64,000 nt of DNA, taken from the human T2T-CHM13v2.0 reference genome, Homo sapiens. Under the pieces are notes generated by a model that did not search any database, was not told the DNA's origin, and saw only the letters and a program-made list of their open reading frames with translations. Location of the stretch: the NCBI RefSeq assembly GCF_009914755.1, contig NC_060929.1; one strand, 5' to 3'. Both the position numbers and the translations under genes were made by a program. This document shows, one piece after another, positions 39,000 through 56,659 of the stretch. The stretch's first letter is position 1. Each line of letters opens with the position of its first letter.

Positions 39000-39150
39000 A
39001 AATACTAAGGTATTAAAAGCTTTACATATATTAACTCTAATCCTCAAAACAGCCTATGAGGAAGGCACTATTACAATTTCCATTTTACAGAAAAGAAGGC
39101 TGGAGGACAGAGTGGTTAAGTAACTTACCCAAGGTCACACAGCTAGTGTT
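39000..39150 (-). mobile_element. MIR SINE
   Basis: ccattttacagaaaagaaggctggaggacagagtggttaagtaacttacccaaggtcacacagctagt. Confidence 0.8.
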
Positions 39151-40442
39151 AGAGCTATAATCAATATCAATATATCAATATACCAATATTGGATCAATAT
39201 ATCAATCCAGTCTCACACTCAGAGAGTCGAATCACATACTCTGTTACTTCTCTATGCTGCTAAGTAATATTCAAGGGAGTACTTAAAACTTAAAATTCTA
39301 TGTAGAAAATGTGATGTTCAGGAGTTGGTGGAATCTACAAATTATTTTTAAAATGAGTGTTCTTCAACTCATCTCACATTTTCTTATTCTTGATGGCAAA
39401 AATGAGTTTACTTCCCTGTGCCAGCAGGGGAATAGAATGTAAGTTAGATATTTGTCTTTACTATTATAATTTACTGGATGATCATCAGCAGCTGTTTTTG
39501 GTTTTTTTTTTTCTACTTTCTACAAATGAATGTGTTCACAAGGAAAACCAGGTAAATGTATACTGTATAAATCAGTATATATTCTTCACAATTCCCGGAA
39601 AAAGAAACCCAAAAGAGTTGTCTTCCTGATAATGGGTCAGGAGAGTCATTTTCACTTATGATGAAGTTAAGAATTACACAGAATTCTCATCTGAGAATTA
39701 CAGATGAGAATTACACAGATATCTCATCCCCAAAGCTTGAAGCAGTCATTTTGCTTTCCTTCAAAGTACCTTGAGTAGGTTTCTAAAACACACCTAACCA
39801 GCTCTGGTATGACCCTGGCCATTATCCTTACCCTCCTCCCCTTGCCACTCCTCTTTTTCCTTCTCGTTATGCTCTTTCTCTTTCTTCTCCTTATCTCCTC
39901 AAATTATGGTCTACTACAAATCCTTCTATTTACAGGGAAGTTTCCACTTCAAAATTTTATACAGTTACCTACTTCTTCAGAATACTTTGTGTTTTAGAGC
40001 TCTGAGTTTAATTGTGCAATTCAAGCTCTTTAGGTACATTATTTTAGAAGGAATTTTACGGCTTTCAACTTTATAAGACACACGCCTAATAAAATATACT
40101 AATTGTATAAGAACAGCTGACATAATTGGCGATATATTTATAATTGTTGGAAAATACTGCACATTTTGGTGCATTATAGAAGTTAACATGACAGTTTTTT
40201 CACAATGTATTGTGTAGCCTTGCTCTATCAGAGCCTACAGCATGAGGAAGTAATCGTGTGTGTATATATATATTCAGCATTTGTCAGACTTTTTTCCTAC
40301 TTTCATAGGCAGAACACCATGTACCTATGTTTGTACATATATAGTACATCTATATTCACTTACATAATTATATATGTTATTGTAGTAGTTGATGAGAACA
40401 GGTCAGAACCATTCAAAAACTCCATAAGGCAACAACGCCACA

Positions 40443-40446
<4 letters not shown>

Positions 40447-40496
<50 letters not shown>

Positions 40497-40513
40497 CTCT
40501 ACCTACCTACCTA
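40447..40513. repeat. Compound microsatellite (CT)n(CTAT)n(CTAC)n
   Basis: Seen directly. Confidence 0.95.
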
Positions 40514-42359
40514 TGTAAGACTGACTTCAATTTCAGATGCTAGGCAGTTGATGGTGCAAAGCGAATGCTCAAAATGGCTGCTTCTATATCCCATGCACTC
40601 CAAGAGGACTTCTGGTAAACAGGAAATCTCTGAGATTTGTAATTCAGTAAGAACGAATCTGTTGGCAAATACTGCCTTTCAAAGTGAAGACACCTCTAGG
40701 ATAATTTTTATGTCCGTGTCCCTCAGGTATGTTTGTGGGTCCAGTAATAAGTGTTCTGAAAAGGAAAGAGTGTGCACATTACTCTTATATGCTAAAAAAG
40801 CGGACATTTCCATCAAGTAACTAGTTCACATACCAAATTATTATTTGGTCACAATCCTGAGGATTCTAACTTTCAAAATTATATAAGAGTATTTGTCTTT
40901 TGTATCGTATGAAATAGAAAAACAATAAGCATAACAAAACCTCTACCAAGTCCCTTTGAAATAAATTAGTTAATATGAATATTTTGTGTTTCACTAAATT
41001 TACTATGGAGAATTCCAGAATGGACTTGGAAATTTCAACTGCCTTAAAATGAATCTTTATGAAAATGATAAATTTTGCCATGTCAAAAAAGAGAAAAAAA
41101 TCTTTTCTTTTGGTTAGAAATACATATTTGTATTTTCCATTCATCTAAGGTAAGAGTAGAAACACCGGATATTAATATTGGCAAGAGTTATGCAAGGTCA
41201 TATCATTTTTCCCTCCTTCAGATAATACCGTACCCAAATTATTTCACAAAGATTCCACCTCTCCTATTTTTAAGGCCTTCCGGAAAAGGAGCAACATAAC
41301 CTTCCTCAGTATCCTATTTTGATGTTTCACAACTCTCACTCTCAGGAAATTCTTACTTATAGCTAATCCCTCACAGAATACTTTATGTCCACTCCTCTTG
41401 TTCTGTCCTTTGTACAGAGAACAACATTTGGTGATCACGTCCTCATGTCATACACTTCAATATTGTGTATTGCTTTATGTCTGTTCTTTTAATCTTTCCT
41501 TACGCTGGTTTTTATTTTTTCGCCATCTTTGCAGCTCATCATTTCACATCAGATTTGCCTAGATCTCTGGAGTCCAAAAATATACATAGTCCTTGAAAAG
41601 TGCTTTTGTTGTATATTCTTATCAAATAAATATTTTTATTTATCCACACTCTGCATGAATTTTAAAGTAAATGTTTACCTTTTCACTTATTTCAATTTTG
41701 TAATTTTTCCCTTGCCAGATTTGTTTCTAGCCAACTCTTCCACATTTTGTATTTAGAGAGTTTGTTTTTTTTTCTCCTTGGCTTCAAGACTTCTGACCAC
41801 TTCTCTAGTTTACCAAGGTTATGCTGAATTCCTATCTTTCAAGGGCCAGACCTCAAGCACTCTTTATACAGGATTTGTTAGCATTTAAAATGTAATGACT
41901 AAATTATTTAATTCACTATTCCTTTAGCTACCATTAAAATCTGTGTGTGGTTTAGATGATATTTTCCCAATTTATGGATGAGGATGTCATATGGAAGAAA
42001 ATCAAAAGCCTTAGAAAGTTGAAATTATACCTATCCTTTTTCCTTCACACTTTATTAACAAAGATGAAAATATTCTCATAGCACCAGTTCTTATATGATG
42101 CTATGTTGCTTAATACTCACGCCCTGAACTTTTAAAGATAAATAACACATGGATTTCATGGCAATATTTCCTTGTACACTTTTAAGTCTGCAAATAAGAG
42201 AGTTACTAATTGTGGTTCCCAGCGTCATCCTTCATTTAAGAAATGTTATCAGTGTGATAGTTAACTCCTAGTCTTTACTCAAAAATTCTTAAGACTAACA
42301 GCCTATGGCCCCGTAATGCCATTATGTTAAAATAGTTCCTGCTACTGAAATGATCTTAG

Positions 42360-42680
42360 GGCCGGGCACTGTGGCTCACACCTGCACTCCCTGAACTTTG
42401 GGAGGCTGAGGCAGATGGATCACTTGAGCCCAGTTCGAGACCAGTCTGGGCAACATGGTGAGACCCTGCCTCTACAAAAAATTTAAAAATTAAGTGGGTG
42501 TGGTGGCGCATGCCTGGAGTACCAGCTACTCAGGAAGCTGAGATCAGAGGATCGTTTGAGCCCAGGAGTTTCAGGCTGCAGTGAGATGTGGTTGCACAAC
42601 TGCACCTCAGCCTGGATGATGGAATAAAACTTTGTCTCAAAAAAAAAAAAAAAAGAAGAAAAAAAGAAGCAAAGAAAAAA
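42360..42680 (+). mobile_element. Alu (AluJ-like)
   Basis: ggccgggcactgtggctcac...poly-A. TSD aaatgatcttagg at ~42348 and 42681. Confidence 0.92.
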
Positions 42681-44938
42681 AAATGATCTTAGGCTTTAGT
42701 CAAACCTTTCCAGGAGGAGTTCCATGAAATTTGTTTTGTTTCTTAGTATCAATGGATTCCATAAGTCACACATACTTGTATTACATTTCATGTATGTGGC
42801 TACAAGCATGTGTTCATTTCGCTGCATAATAAAGGTGAAAAATAAAGCAAAGAAGCATTTCATTTATTCCTTCACTCAACAATTTTTTTCTGAGTCACTA
42901 CTATGTTCAAGGCACTATTCTATGTAATATGTCAGGGAATAAAACAGACAAAATTTCATGCCCTGGTGGAACGTACACACTCCTGATAGCACATTAAAAA
43001 TGGGCTACGTTTTATTTTATCTTTTGTTGTTGCTTTTGGTTAAACAAATTCATAAAAATCATCTTTTAATTTTGATTCTCCTTATCCAACTTTAAGCCTT
43101 ATTTCTTAGAACTTTTATTTTTATACTATTTGAAATTTCTCCTATTCTCATAATACATTCAGATTTCCATTCCTCATACAGATCTTTCTTTAGTCAACCA
43201 GATACTTCTTTTTAAGGCTTGTGATTTCTGATGAAGTGTTCTTTGACCATTTGTGCAATCCTCTATGCTACATAGTATATTTTATAAGAAATATCTTGTA
43301 ATATTTACAAGTTCTTTGAAATCTGATCCATTAAAATTCATCTTTCCTATTGTTGACTTCTTCAGATCTTTAATTCCTACCTGTATTTGGGTGCTACAAT
43401 ATTAAGAATCCGGCCAATCACCAGGTTTGATGAAAACTAAACTAATTAATTAATAATATTTTCCTAGCTTTACTGAAAGAAAAAAAATCTAGTAAAACAA
43501 GAAAGCTAACTCACTTTCATGTTTTCTGATATTACATGTCTGTGGAATCTGTGACTGTAATATTTAGATATTTCTATTATATGAGGATGAAAGCAAGTAA
43601 TCAATGACTCTCTAACATATAATAAAAGATAGTGGATTAGAAACAGTGCCATTACAAACGTCAACAATATGGAAAAAAAAAAAGAGAAATTATACAGTGA
43701 AAAAAAATTTCCTGAGAATTCATTCATTTAACAGCCACAAAGTTACAGTAAATAAAGAAATGGGAAATACTGTGATAGTTTCCTTGTCATAATTTTAACT
43801 TTCATTAAGTATGTTGAAAAAATTCGCAGTAGGAAAAAGGTGAGATAAAGGAGAAAACCCCTCTTATGTGTAGCTAGATGTCTGCCAGTATGTCAACTTC
43901 CTAGATACATTTTTCATGTGCTTATGAGAATCTAAATAATAATAATCTTCTTTAAAAATATGACATTCTGGGTTAGGATCTCAATAATTTGTGAAGAAAA
44001 ACAACTTTTTCTTTTCCAGAATCCTTGAAATTAAGCGTGGGTTCTATTTTGGAACAGTGAAATGTCTGGACTGGAGAGGGCACGTGATGATGCTGACCAC
44101 AACCATCTCCCCAGAGAAACACACTGCCCCTCCTTCAGTCCTGCTCTAGAAGGAGAAGGAGGGTATGACAGACAGAGATCATCAGTGGCTACTGATTGGG
44201 AGCTACAAAAGACGGAGTTATTTTGGAACATCCTGATATTTAGGGGGTGGTATCTTGTCAACCCTAACGTTTTTCCTATCTCATTTTTGGGAGGGATGAA
44301 GGGCTTTATAAAAATCTCTCTAGTTATATGTGTATTTTGCTTGCTTTTTTTTTTTTTTAATTCTATGGTAAAAAAAAAAGCATTTCTATTTCTATTTGGG
44401 TATCTTACTCCATTATCCATGTGAGATGGATAGACATGTTACATCACGTAAAATATTGTTTGTGTGTTATTTAAATTTGGTTCCCCCCAAAAAAAAACCC
44501 TCAAAGGTGAACCAACAAATTGTTGAAATTAAGCTAAAAAAATCAATCTATCTTTGGAATTCTATTGAGACATTGCAAAAATGAGGCAGACCAATTATTA
44601 GGCAGACAATTTATGTTACACAATTACATTTAAACTACATTTTTCATGTGTCTGAAATTCAAGTTTTATACCTTATTCATTTTTTCTAAGACTCAATTTC
44701 TCCACAACAAAGTGAGAGGTGTTAACTATGTAATATATATGTTTCTTCTATTTCTAATTAAAATTTTTATTAGCTATGATCTATTGAAACAAATATCTAT
44801 GACTTTCTCTAATCCAGAAAATTATCATGTTAACAGATTCTATTTCAAGTTGGAAACACAGAAGAAAAAAATCTGAAGAAATAAATTTGAAAATTGGCAA
44901 CAACGTCTTAATTTGTGTTTGATTGTTTGTTCCTGTGA

Positions 44939-45241
<303 letters not shown>

Positions 45242-46854
45242 TGCGAAACAATTTTAAATCATCCTAGTAAAAGTGGTAAAATTTAATGAGCATGCCCCAG
45301 GCATGTTATTTCTATATTTCAATTGGACCTTAATCTCAGGCAAATTCGTAATCTCATGATTATACTTCATATTATATTTCTGTTGAGGAAATCAAGGCAT
45401 TGAAAAAATGCACAACTTGTCCAACTCTATACTGCAAGTAAGCAACAAAATTGGGTTTTGAGATAAGGGAGGCTGACTCCAGAGTCCAAGTTCTCAAAAA
45501 GGCCTAAGGAAATATTTTTATCATGTTGTTTTAAAATATTATATGTCAAAGTCCGAAATCAGTTGACAGTGACATACATATATCAAATTCAAGTACAACC
45601 ACGATCAGAGCTTTTATCTAAAAATACACCTCGAAGTTTATTTCTTATTAGATTAGAGAAGGGTTTTTGTTTTGTTTCTGCTTGGTTTTTTGTTACCACT
45701 CTTTGAAAACTGGGAAAATATACTGCTATTTGTAGTTTTAACACAGTACACCAAAAATACTAAGTAAATCTAACTTTTTCTCTGATTCAAATTATATTTC
45801 TTAATGCACTTCTATTTAAAGTCATTCCAAAAACAACTCTTTTCCTCATGGTTAAAATTTTAAATAGTGTTATAGTATACCAGCAAGTATTTACTTACAA
45901 CTTATAACTAGGGATAAGATATCTCTAATTTTCCATTTGGTGTATGTCAGTAATGTAAACATAATTAGGAACTCTGACTATATAGATTAACTTGACAATG
46001 AATTGGAAAAATGTGCTGCTAAAGGTTAAATTTATAGAGGAATTGGTGAGAAATGCCGTGTTCTGCAATTTATTGAACATGTCTTATCTAATAAATGTCT
46101 ATGCCTTTCTTATCAAATGATTCTTAAGAGTTCTGTGTATGAAAATAGTTCACCTTGTGCATTTAAAATTACCCATTGATTGTAAGCAACTTTTTAATAC
46201 TTTACAATAGATAGGATACTAAAAAACGTCAAGGACCAGTGAACCTGTTTTAATTCCATATTAATTAATTTGAACTGCATGTAAAAGTTGAAGCCAGAAT
46301 GAACATTACAAATAACGAACGCTTAACTGCAACTGTCATATCCTCCCTTGTCAATGGTGCCTATAATTGCTGTTGTCAACAGCTGCTTCAAATTGCCAAA
46401 AGACCCCAGAAACAATTCAGGAAGGAAAAGTTTTTAAATGGATCCACATTATGGAAAAAACTCTTCCTTTATAGTCACTGTTCATTTCCTGCATTGAAAT
46501 ATGACGTAGAAGCAACTGTAAGTAAGAAATTACGACCTACTTAAGTGCTTTTTAATAAGCCAAACTTTCATTATGTGAAATTTCTTTTTTGTAGTCATTT
46601 CAGTATCGACATACCACTAAATCTGAGATTACAACAGCAGTAGAAGTTTTGAGGAAGAGTACACTTTCACTATTTGTCATGATCTTTTCCATTCATTTAC
46701 CTGAATCTTACGCATCACAGTTCCCTTCCTGTGTGATAAGCTTATCTAAAGTAGGAAACAAGCAATAATGCATATGAGTCTTCTATGGTGAACATCTCAG
46801 AAGTTGGTGATAAAAATACACATTTTTATCTTACATAATCTAAATAAATTTTAA

Positions 46855-47079
<225 letters not shown>

Positions 47080-47143
47080 TAACATTGAATTTTCAGCCTA
47101 TATCTTCTTGATATGTACTTTCAGCTTATTAGAACTTTGTTAA

Positions 47144-47563
<420 letters not shown>

Positions 47564-50000
47564 TGACAGCAGCAATACCATGTAGTAAACTGTCATTTCA
47601 GAGAGCAAAAGGAAAAAGAAAATCATTACAAAAATCACTCTGTAATGTCTTTGTTAGCATAAAAGAAAATTAAGCAGTAAAGTTCCAAGGAGAAATCTCT
47701 TTGTGCTCAACATGGTAGAAATATCATTCAAACACAGTTTATCCCTGCAGGGAGATTACCTGTAATGCCGCCAAGGTCACTGTCAAGTTGTATTAATGGC
47801 CATATTCAGTATGTCAGTCACATGAGTTGGAGCTGCCTTCTTCTTTTTTCTACTGCATAATGACCAGCCTCTAAATGTACACTGACAAACTGAGGTGAGT
47901 GAATATGTTTTTCCAAAATATAGATGGAAGAGTTTCATTCCACCAACTCTTCTATTTTAATTGTACCAAACACGTGGAATGGATATAGTCTGGCAGGAAA
48001 GAGGTTTTAAATATTCTACTTTGAAAATTGAACCATTTTTGAAATGGCACCTTGAATCTTAAAGGGAATTATTTGTGGCTGCATTGTGAATTTTCTTTCA
48101 AATGTACATTTGCTTATATTGCTGCAAAAGCACAAAATATTTTTTAAATGCAGGAATGACGTCTTTTTATATCAAAAATGTCACTGGAACATGGAGTTAG
48201 CAACAGAATGATTTAGTATTCAATAGTTAAGCTCTATTGCGGATTTGTAATTTTCATTTATCAACATTATTCATCATTTACAGAAGAAATGTGAGAGTGT
48301 AGACATATTGGCTTTTGAATACATCTACTGACTAGAGAGTAGCAGTCATATTTATGTAGAGTAAAAACAGATTAACACATCTTCTTTACAGGACTTATAT
48401 TTAAATAGAATAAATCACACCCTGAAAGAATAAATGATATTCTAGTATGTTATAATAAGACTTGCTCGTAGGAGACATCTCTATTAAAAATTTATCACTT
48501 TAGCCCTAGAATACCAATGTAGTCCTAGTTTTGAGATTAGCAATCTATTATAATATCTGGAAATTTAGCAATTTCAATTTTCAATTTGCTATCAGAACTC
48601 AGCACTGATTTCTTTGTTTCACTTACATACTTTAATTCACCAAAACATTATTGAAATGACTGGGAAAGAAAGAAGACATGAAGAAGCACTTCCCTGCTTA
48701 CATCAGCTGACCTGGACAATATTTTAAGACTATATTTAGAAAAAGATAAAAAGAGCTGAGTACAGCGACAATTCTCTGTGCCAACTTCCTCTATTACCAC
48801 TTTTCTTTTCTTTTTTTTCACTTAGTAACTTGACTATAAAACATATGTTAAAAAAAAGGGAGAGAGAATAATCCCAGGACCTCTAGATAGAATTTTAACA
48901 TGTGAATCTGGTACATAAAATTAGGATACAACATCAGACACCAATCTATACCTTTCATATGAGACCACCATTTCTATTTTGTTTATCTCATTTATATTTA
49001 CACAATTTTTGGTAATGACTTGGATCACAAATGCATTCAAAGTTCCTCACATTTGAATTTGAACACAAACAATGATTATCTAAATTACAAAAGTTAGAGT
49101 CAAATAAATTCCACTTATAAAGTACATAACTAAAAAGTGGGAATACACAAAGTGCAAATAAACTTCATTCAGCACGCTTACAACTATGCTTACAACTAGC
49201 GATTGGGCATAAAATGTAACTAAAAATCCATATATAATATTTTAGCTGAGATTTTAAATCTTTAATTGTCATAACTTTTAAAAAGATGATATAGAATAAT
49301 TTGCCATTTAAAAAAACTCCTCAAAGGTAAAGAGCAGAAAGACGTTGTGGAGAGAATCTGCTGGATTTAAAAACTTAATAATGATCTGTATTTGAAAGAC
49401 CAAAGTTATAGTGGCCAAAACCATTTTAGTAGAGGATAATAAAGCTAGTTCCAGAAAAATGGTTGAATGGCTACAACTTTCTAGTTATGTAACATCTCTT
49501 ATTTTATAGAATATTGGGTAATCTTACACGGATGAAAAATTACATCCTTAAGGTAAAAACTCCCATTTTCACACATTTCTATCTCTCTACATAGTAATGA
49601 TAATAGGCAATATGCTAAGTGCTTTATGCATATTATTTAATTCTTATAATTATTCTAGTCATAATAAGGTAGATAAGCTGAGGCACATTTTGAAATCTTC
49701 AGTAGTATAACTTCTCACTCCACACTGTTAACTAGTGATTTGCAACTGGGGTAAGCACATTATAAAAATGGGCACACTGATGAAAATTAAGTTTGGATTT
49801 TGGTAAAAAAATTGACACTCCTGGGGATACAAATTCCGTTTGCCTATGTCATTCTTCTCTGTGAAAGAGTTAAAAGATTTTCTATACTAATGAATAAGGT
49901 ATTTAGAGTTCTTAACGGGTGATGTAGAAGTAAGTAGTATGTGTTCTTGGATGACACAAAGATTCTTCAATATTGGAAAATACTTCTTAAAATAATATTA

Positions 50001-50336
<336 letters not shown>

Positions 50337-51069
50337 TTAAAGTATTTTTAATTTACTTGTTTCTAAATAATTTAATTTGAAAATAAAAAGCATTCATAAA
50401 TCCACATGCTCCAACTGCTTAACCCTTAAAATTCACATATCTAAGAGCCAGCACACATGATTTTGGCTAATCTGTTGAATTCTATGGGAAATATCTCTTC
50501 TTTGTCCTGCAAAGATTGCAAAACTTATTTGTTAAAAATAAATAAATAATAAGGTCATATGCACATAATATATATACAGAGAATGAGTGTGATATTTGAC
50601 TAACATGCAATGTTATCTAAGACTCAATTTAAAAATCTACAATAAAAGTTTGAACATATTTATTCTATTTAATCTGTGTCTTAAGTGTTTAACTTTGTAT
50701 CAATCACATTCATGATTGGCCATTATTAAAGTTTTGTTTTCTCTGTTTCAGGCAAATGAATCTGCAAGCTGCCTTAAGAAATTATCTATCGTTAATCAAT
50801 ATTTCGAAATGCAGAAACTTCCAGAAATTAGCAAATCCAGTATACTCTAGATCCATTTTTAATTTAATAATTTGAATTGAAACCATTAACATTTCACTCC
50901 AATACTTTTTTAAAAAAACACTGAAGAGATAAATGACAAAAGTAAAGTCATATTTAATGACTTTAGGGTAGCTTGTAGGATAATGTAGGATTATGTGGTA
51001 ATTATAAAATCTATTTCCTAGACCTTCCTCTCAAAAGGCAAAAACCAAAAATCCTTCAAAGCAAAATTT

Positions 51070-51338
51070 ATTTTTTTTGTTTGTTTATTATACTTTAAGT
51101 TTTAGGGTACATGTGCACAACTTGCAGGTTAGTTACATATGTATACATGTGCCATGTTGGTGTGCTGCACCCATTAACTCGTCATTTAACATTAGGTATA
51201 TCTCCTAAGGCTATCCCTCCCCGCCCCCCAACCCCATAACAGGCCCCGGTGTGTGATGATCCCCTTCCTGTGTGCATGTGCTTTTATTGTTCAACTTCCC
51301 CCTATGAGTGAGAACATGCAGTGTTTGGTTTTTTGTCC
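51070..51338 (-). mobile_element. 5'-truncated L1PA (about PA4-5) 3' end
   Basis: ttatactttaagttttagggtacatgtgcacaac...ccattaactcgtcatttaacattagg. 14-bp TSD tcaaagcaaaattt at 51056-51069 and 51339-51352. Confidence 0.93.
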
Positions 51339-51815
51339 TCAAAGCAAAATTTCTTGACTGTAAAAGCTTAAAAAGGATAATGATTGTTAATTCTTGTTTT
51401 GTGTCATGCACTATTCTATTCATTTTACATATATTAGTTCATCTAATCTCCAGAAATATGCTTTGTAGTATTATGCCCATTTTACAGATGAAATGGAGGC
51501 AAAGAGGACTTCTTTTGCCCATGGTAAGAGGTAGATCTAGGGTTTGAAGTTACAGGATCTGACTCCAGCATCTGCTTTTTAACTATTACACTAAAAAGAG
51601 TCCAACATTTTAATGAAAAATAATGGCTATTTTGATTGCCATAAGAATGCAGCATCTGAGTGGGAACTGCCAAAGTAGATGAGGGTATGGAGGATTCAGA
51701 GTTGAAGAGGACCTTCAGGGCCACTATGATGCCCAGAATGCCCTTCACTTCAACATGGAGCAGTAATTGTAACCTCCAGATTTGTGTACACACTCTGATT
51801 TTGGTGATCTCTATG

Positions 51816-51884
51816 ACACACACACACGCACACACATATACACATACACACACACACATATATATGCACACACACACATACATA
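51816..51884. repeat. Imperfect (CA)n/(TA)n microsatellite
   Basis: Seen directly. Confidence 0.9.
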
Positions 51885-51912
51885 TAATTATTTAAGAAAG
51901 AATATATATGTA

Positions 51913-52580
<668 letters not shown>

Positions 52581-53728
52581 TAATTTAGTAGAAAACTTGG
52601 CTACTTTGCTTCATTTTTGAATAATGCCATGACTTCACTTTGTCTTCCATTTTGATGTCAATCAACCTGTACAAGTATTGGATGCAGACTTACTAAACCC
52701 ACTCAATATAAACAGCCTATCTGCTAGGATCTGGCTAATTTTTCTACTAGCTTTTAGCTTCTGCTTGCTAAGGTTCTATACGCTACTATTCGTAATAATT
52801 TCACATTCTCGATGATAAGTCGGCTAACTTAATTAAGGTTTAAAAATTCAGTATTTGGTCATGTACGACTCCTTATTTTATATTTTAAAATTAAAATAGT
52901 TTCATGCATTTATATTTGTGTGAATAGGTTGTAATATTTATTGCAAGTACTGGAAATTATAAAATGTATTTTCAGCATCTCAAAGAGATTAAAGTATTCT
53001 AATTGTACTAAAATGTACCAAGATGATTATTACTTGAACCTTTATAATGCAATCAATACAATCAGACTCAATCAATAAGTACTTTATATATCTGGAATAT
53101 AAGCAATTTATCAAACTATTTGTATTTTTGTTTGCAACATTTCCATAATGACAAGTGAAAACTCGAATGACCAAAAGTAATTGTACTTGGCAGTCATATA
53201 CATTCCTAAGCGCTATAGTGACAAAAAATAACTTACTGCTATCATTATAGACATCATAACATGATTAAAAGAATTTTAGAACTGTATGTTGAACTGTATG
53301 TTCAACATTGGTTAGTAACAGAAAAGATTTATAATATTAAAAAACACATCCTTTAACTAAATACTTTAAATCTTTTCTATATAATTAAAAAGTTAATTTT
53401 AAAGCTATTTCTTCTAAAAAATGTTAGAAAAGCACACACCTAAAAGTACCAGTGGTGGGGTAAAAGTTGAGATGAAGAAAATTCATAAAACATGATGAGA
53501 AAAGGTAGTCAGAATTGCACTCTAAACTTAGTGCCCAAAAAAGACCATTCAGAGTAGTGGTCTCTCTATTTATTTGAACACTGGATTCTGGTTGTATTAA
53601 CCATCACTTGAAATAAGTATACTGTACAACAATAAAACTTTCCTTAACAAAGATTTTTATTTTAATTATTTTATTTTTCCAAGCGATAATTAAAATGGTG
53701 CATGTGCTGCTCTTAAGAATGTAGTTCT

Positions 53729-54406
<678 letters not shown>

Positions 54407-56659
54407 AAGAATGTAGTTCTAGCTGAGTGTGCAATGAGTAGTGAGATCTTCTAGGCTGGACTTGTATACGTTTAAACAAGAGTTGATTACCAAACAGCTG
54501 TGTACACAGGGTAGCCAGGGAGCTTCCATTAGGACCATTAAGAAGAAACGTTCTGTTAGCTCCATAATGCCTAGACATTTAGTAAGTTGAAACAGTATAA
54601 AGTCACTATAATTAAATGGGCACAGATAATTGTAAACTGCCTGCAAAAGTGAAATCTATGCAAAATAAAAATGACAATCATTTTAGGCAACAATATTATT
54701 AAAACAAATATATCATAAAGACTGCTGGTGAAAAGTAAAACTTAGTGATTTGAATATCATTTTGATTTTCTTATTCCCATCATCATCTGATATTAAACAG
54801 CAATGGAAAATATAAAGGCATGATTTAGCTTTTATTAGATGTCCACGTAATGAATTTATAAAAGATATAAACCCTTTCCAATGTACTTGAATCTTCAGAT
54901 ATTTACAGGAATAAGCGATCCACATGGTCAGATGCTCATCACAAAACAAATAAAACAATTTACATGAATGCTTTGGATAAAGCTTAAACTTCAAACAAGG
55001 ATAATAAGATGTACTATGTCTCCTAATAAATCATAAATGTGTCTTTCAACATTGTTTTATCAGTGACAACATTATTGTTATTTCATGACCTCACTTGTGA
55101 CACAAACAAGAACCACAATCATTCCTAATTTTTACATGGGGGCAAAATCTGAGGAAGAACTGTAAAATTATAATTTAGGAAAGAGGTGGAAGCATTCTTT
55201 ATCTATTACCTGCATGTAAAATGAATTAAAGACCATTGAGAGCAGCTTTTTGCAGCTATATAAGAACCATATTTTTGGTGAGACCAAAGCTTTAATCTAT
55301 GAGACTTCTAAATCTCAGTTTTCTTCTCTGTGAAATATGTATTAGGATACAATAAATAGATACTATTGCCATGGGTTTATAGAGTAGTTATGATCAACAT
55401 CCTTCAGCCAGTCAGGTAGTATAGCAGATGTGGTGCAAAAAATAATTTGTTAGTTGAGAGATTAGAAATCAATCAGGAAGTATATCCTGAATAGAAAGGT
55501 GAATAAAACTTAACCTCTGCACACCAAAGAGCCTACATTTTATCAAACTTGGAAAGATACTTTAAAAATTAACTTTAGTACAATGTAGAAATTAGTAAAC
55601 ACCATAAAAGAGACACTCAAAAAGTTCTCTGAAAGTCAGATGTGGGAAAGATAACACCATTGGGAAAAGCCTCATGGTGGAAATACTTCATCAACTACTT
55701 TTCCTAGATCTCTCTCACCTGAATTAGGATAATTATTACCCTTCATTCACTTGCTTCAAATTAATTCAACAAAGATGGAACATCTATTATGTGTAACAGA
55801 CTCATACAGACCATAGAGAAAACAAAGATGAGTAAGGTGCAGTCTCCAAGCTCAAGGAGTTTACAATCTAACTTGGGTTGAGAATAATGTACATTTGTAC
55901 ATTATTTCCATTTTACAGTGCTATGTGCACATATCATTTCACACAGACCTTGAGAATCATGTTTACTGAAGTCACAAAAGTTGATATTTTTCTACTGTGA
56001 TATGAAAAAAGGACTGCAATGAATCACAACTACCTCAGTAGAGCCTTTAGGGTCTTGTGCTTCCGAGAACTGAGATTCATTCTAATTTTAGTATTTATGT
56101 GAATGGCTTGACCCATTCTAGAATAGCTTATGTGTGGTTTACTACCCAAAGTGGTTCTATGCACAATAAAGGAGACAAGCATGGCAGGAGGTACACAGAA
56201 AGGGTGCTGGACCCCGTGCTGTCCTTGCTGAAGAATCCTGAAGAAGAGACACAAATTTAAAAAGAAGCTTTGGAACTTTTCCTCAGCTTTATAGTTCATT
56301 TTTAAACAGCTGTTTTTAAATGTTGGGATTTGAAAGAGTTTTGCTAAGTGCTATATAGAATATATAGGAAGCATTTAAATATATATCCATATTCAAGTTT
56401 ATTTTCTTAAATAATTTGAAAATATTTTTATCTATAAAACAAATTACTTCCATTTTTAGAAAAGCATCATTACATTTTTTTGAATAGCACAACATACAGT
56501 AATAAGATGATATACTTCTTTTAACGATTTTGGATATTTTTTCCTTAACTGTTCACAGATTATTTTTCTGATACAAAAGAATAAACTAGTTAGTTGGATA
56601 ATTTAAAAGCCAGTGAATAAAATAATGCTTTTCATGTTGCATGATTTTTATTCCCTTTC

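Noticed and set aside
44031-44424. Overlapping 129- and 120-aa ORFs on opposite strands
   Set aside because: They run through poly-T/poly-A tracts, with no recognisable domain or convincing exon structure.
53279-53309. 12-bp tandem duplication gaactgtatgtt with a small dyad
   Set aside because: Short slippage product, common in neutral DNA.
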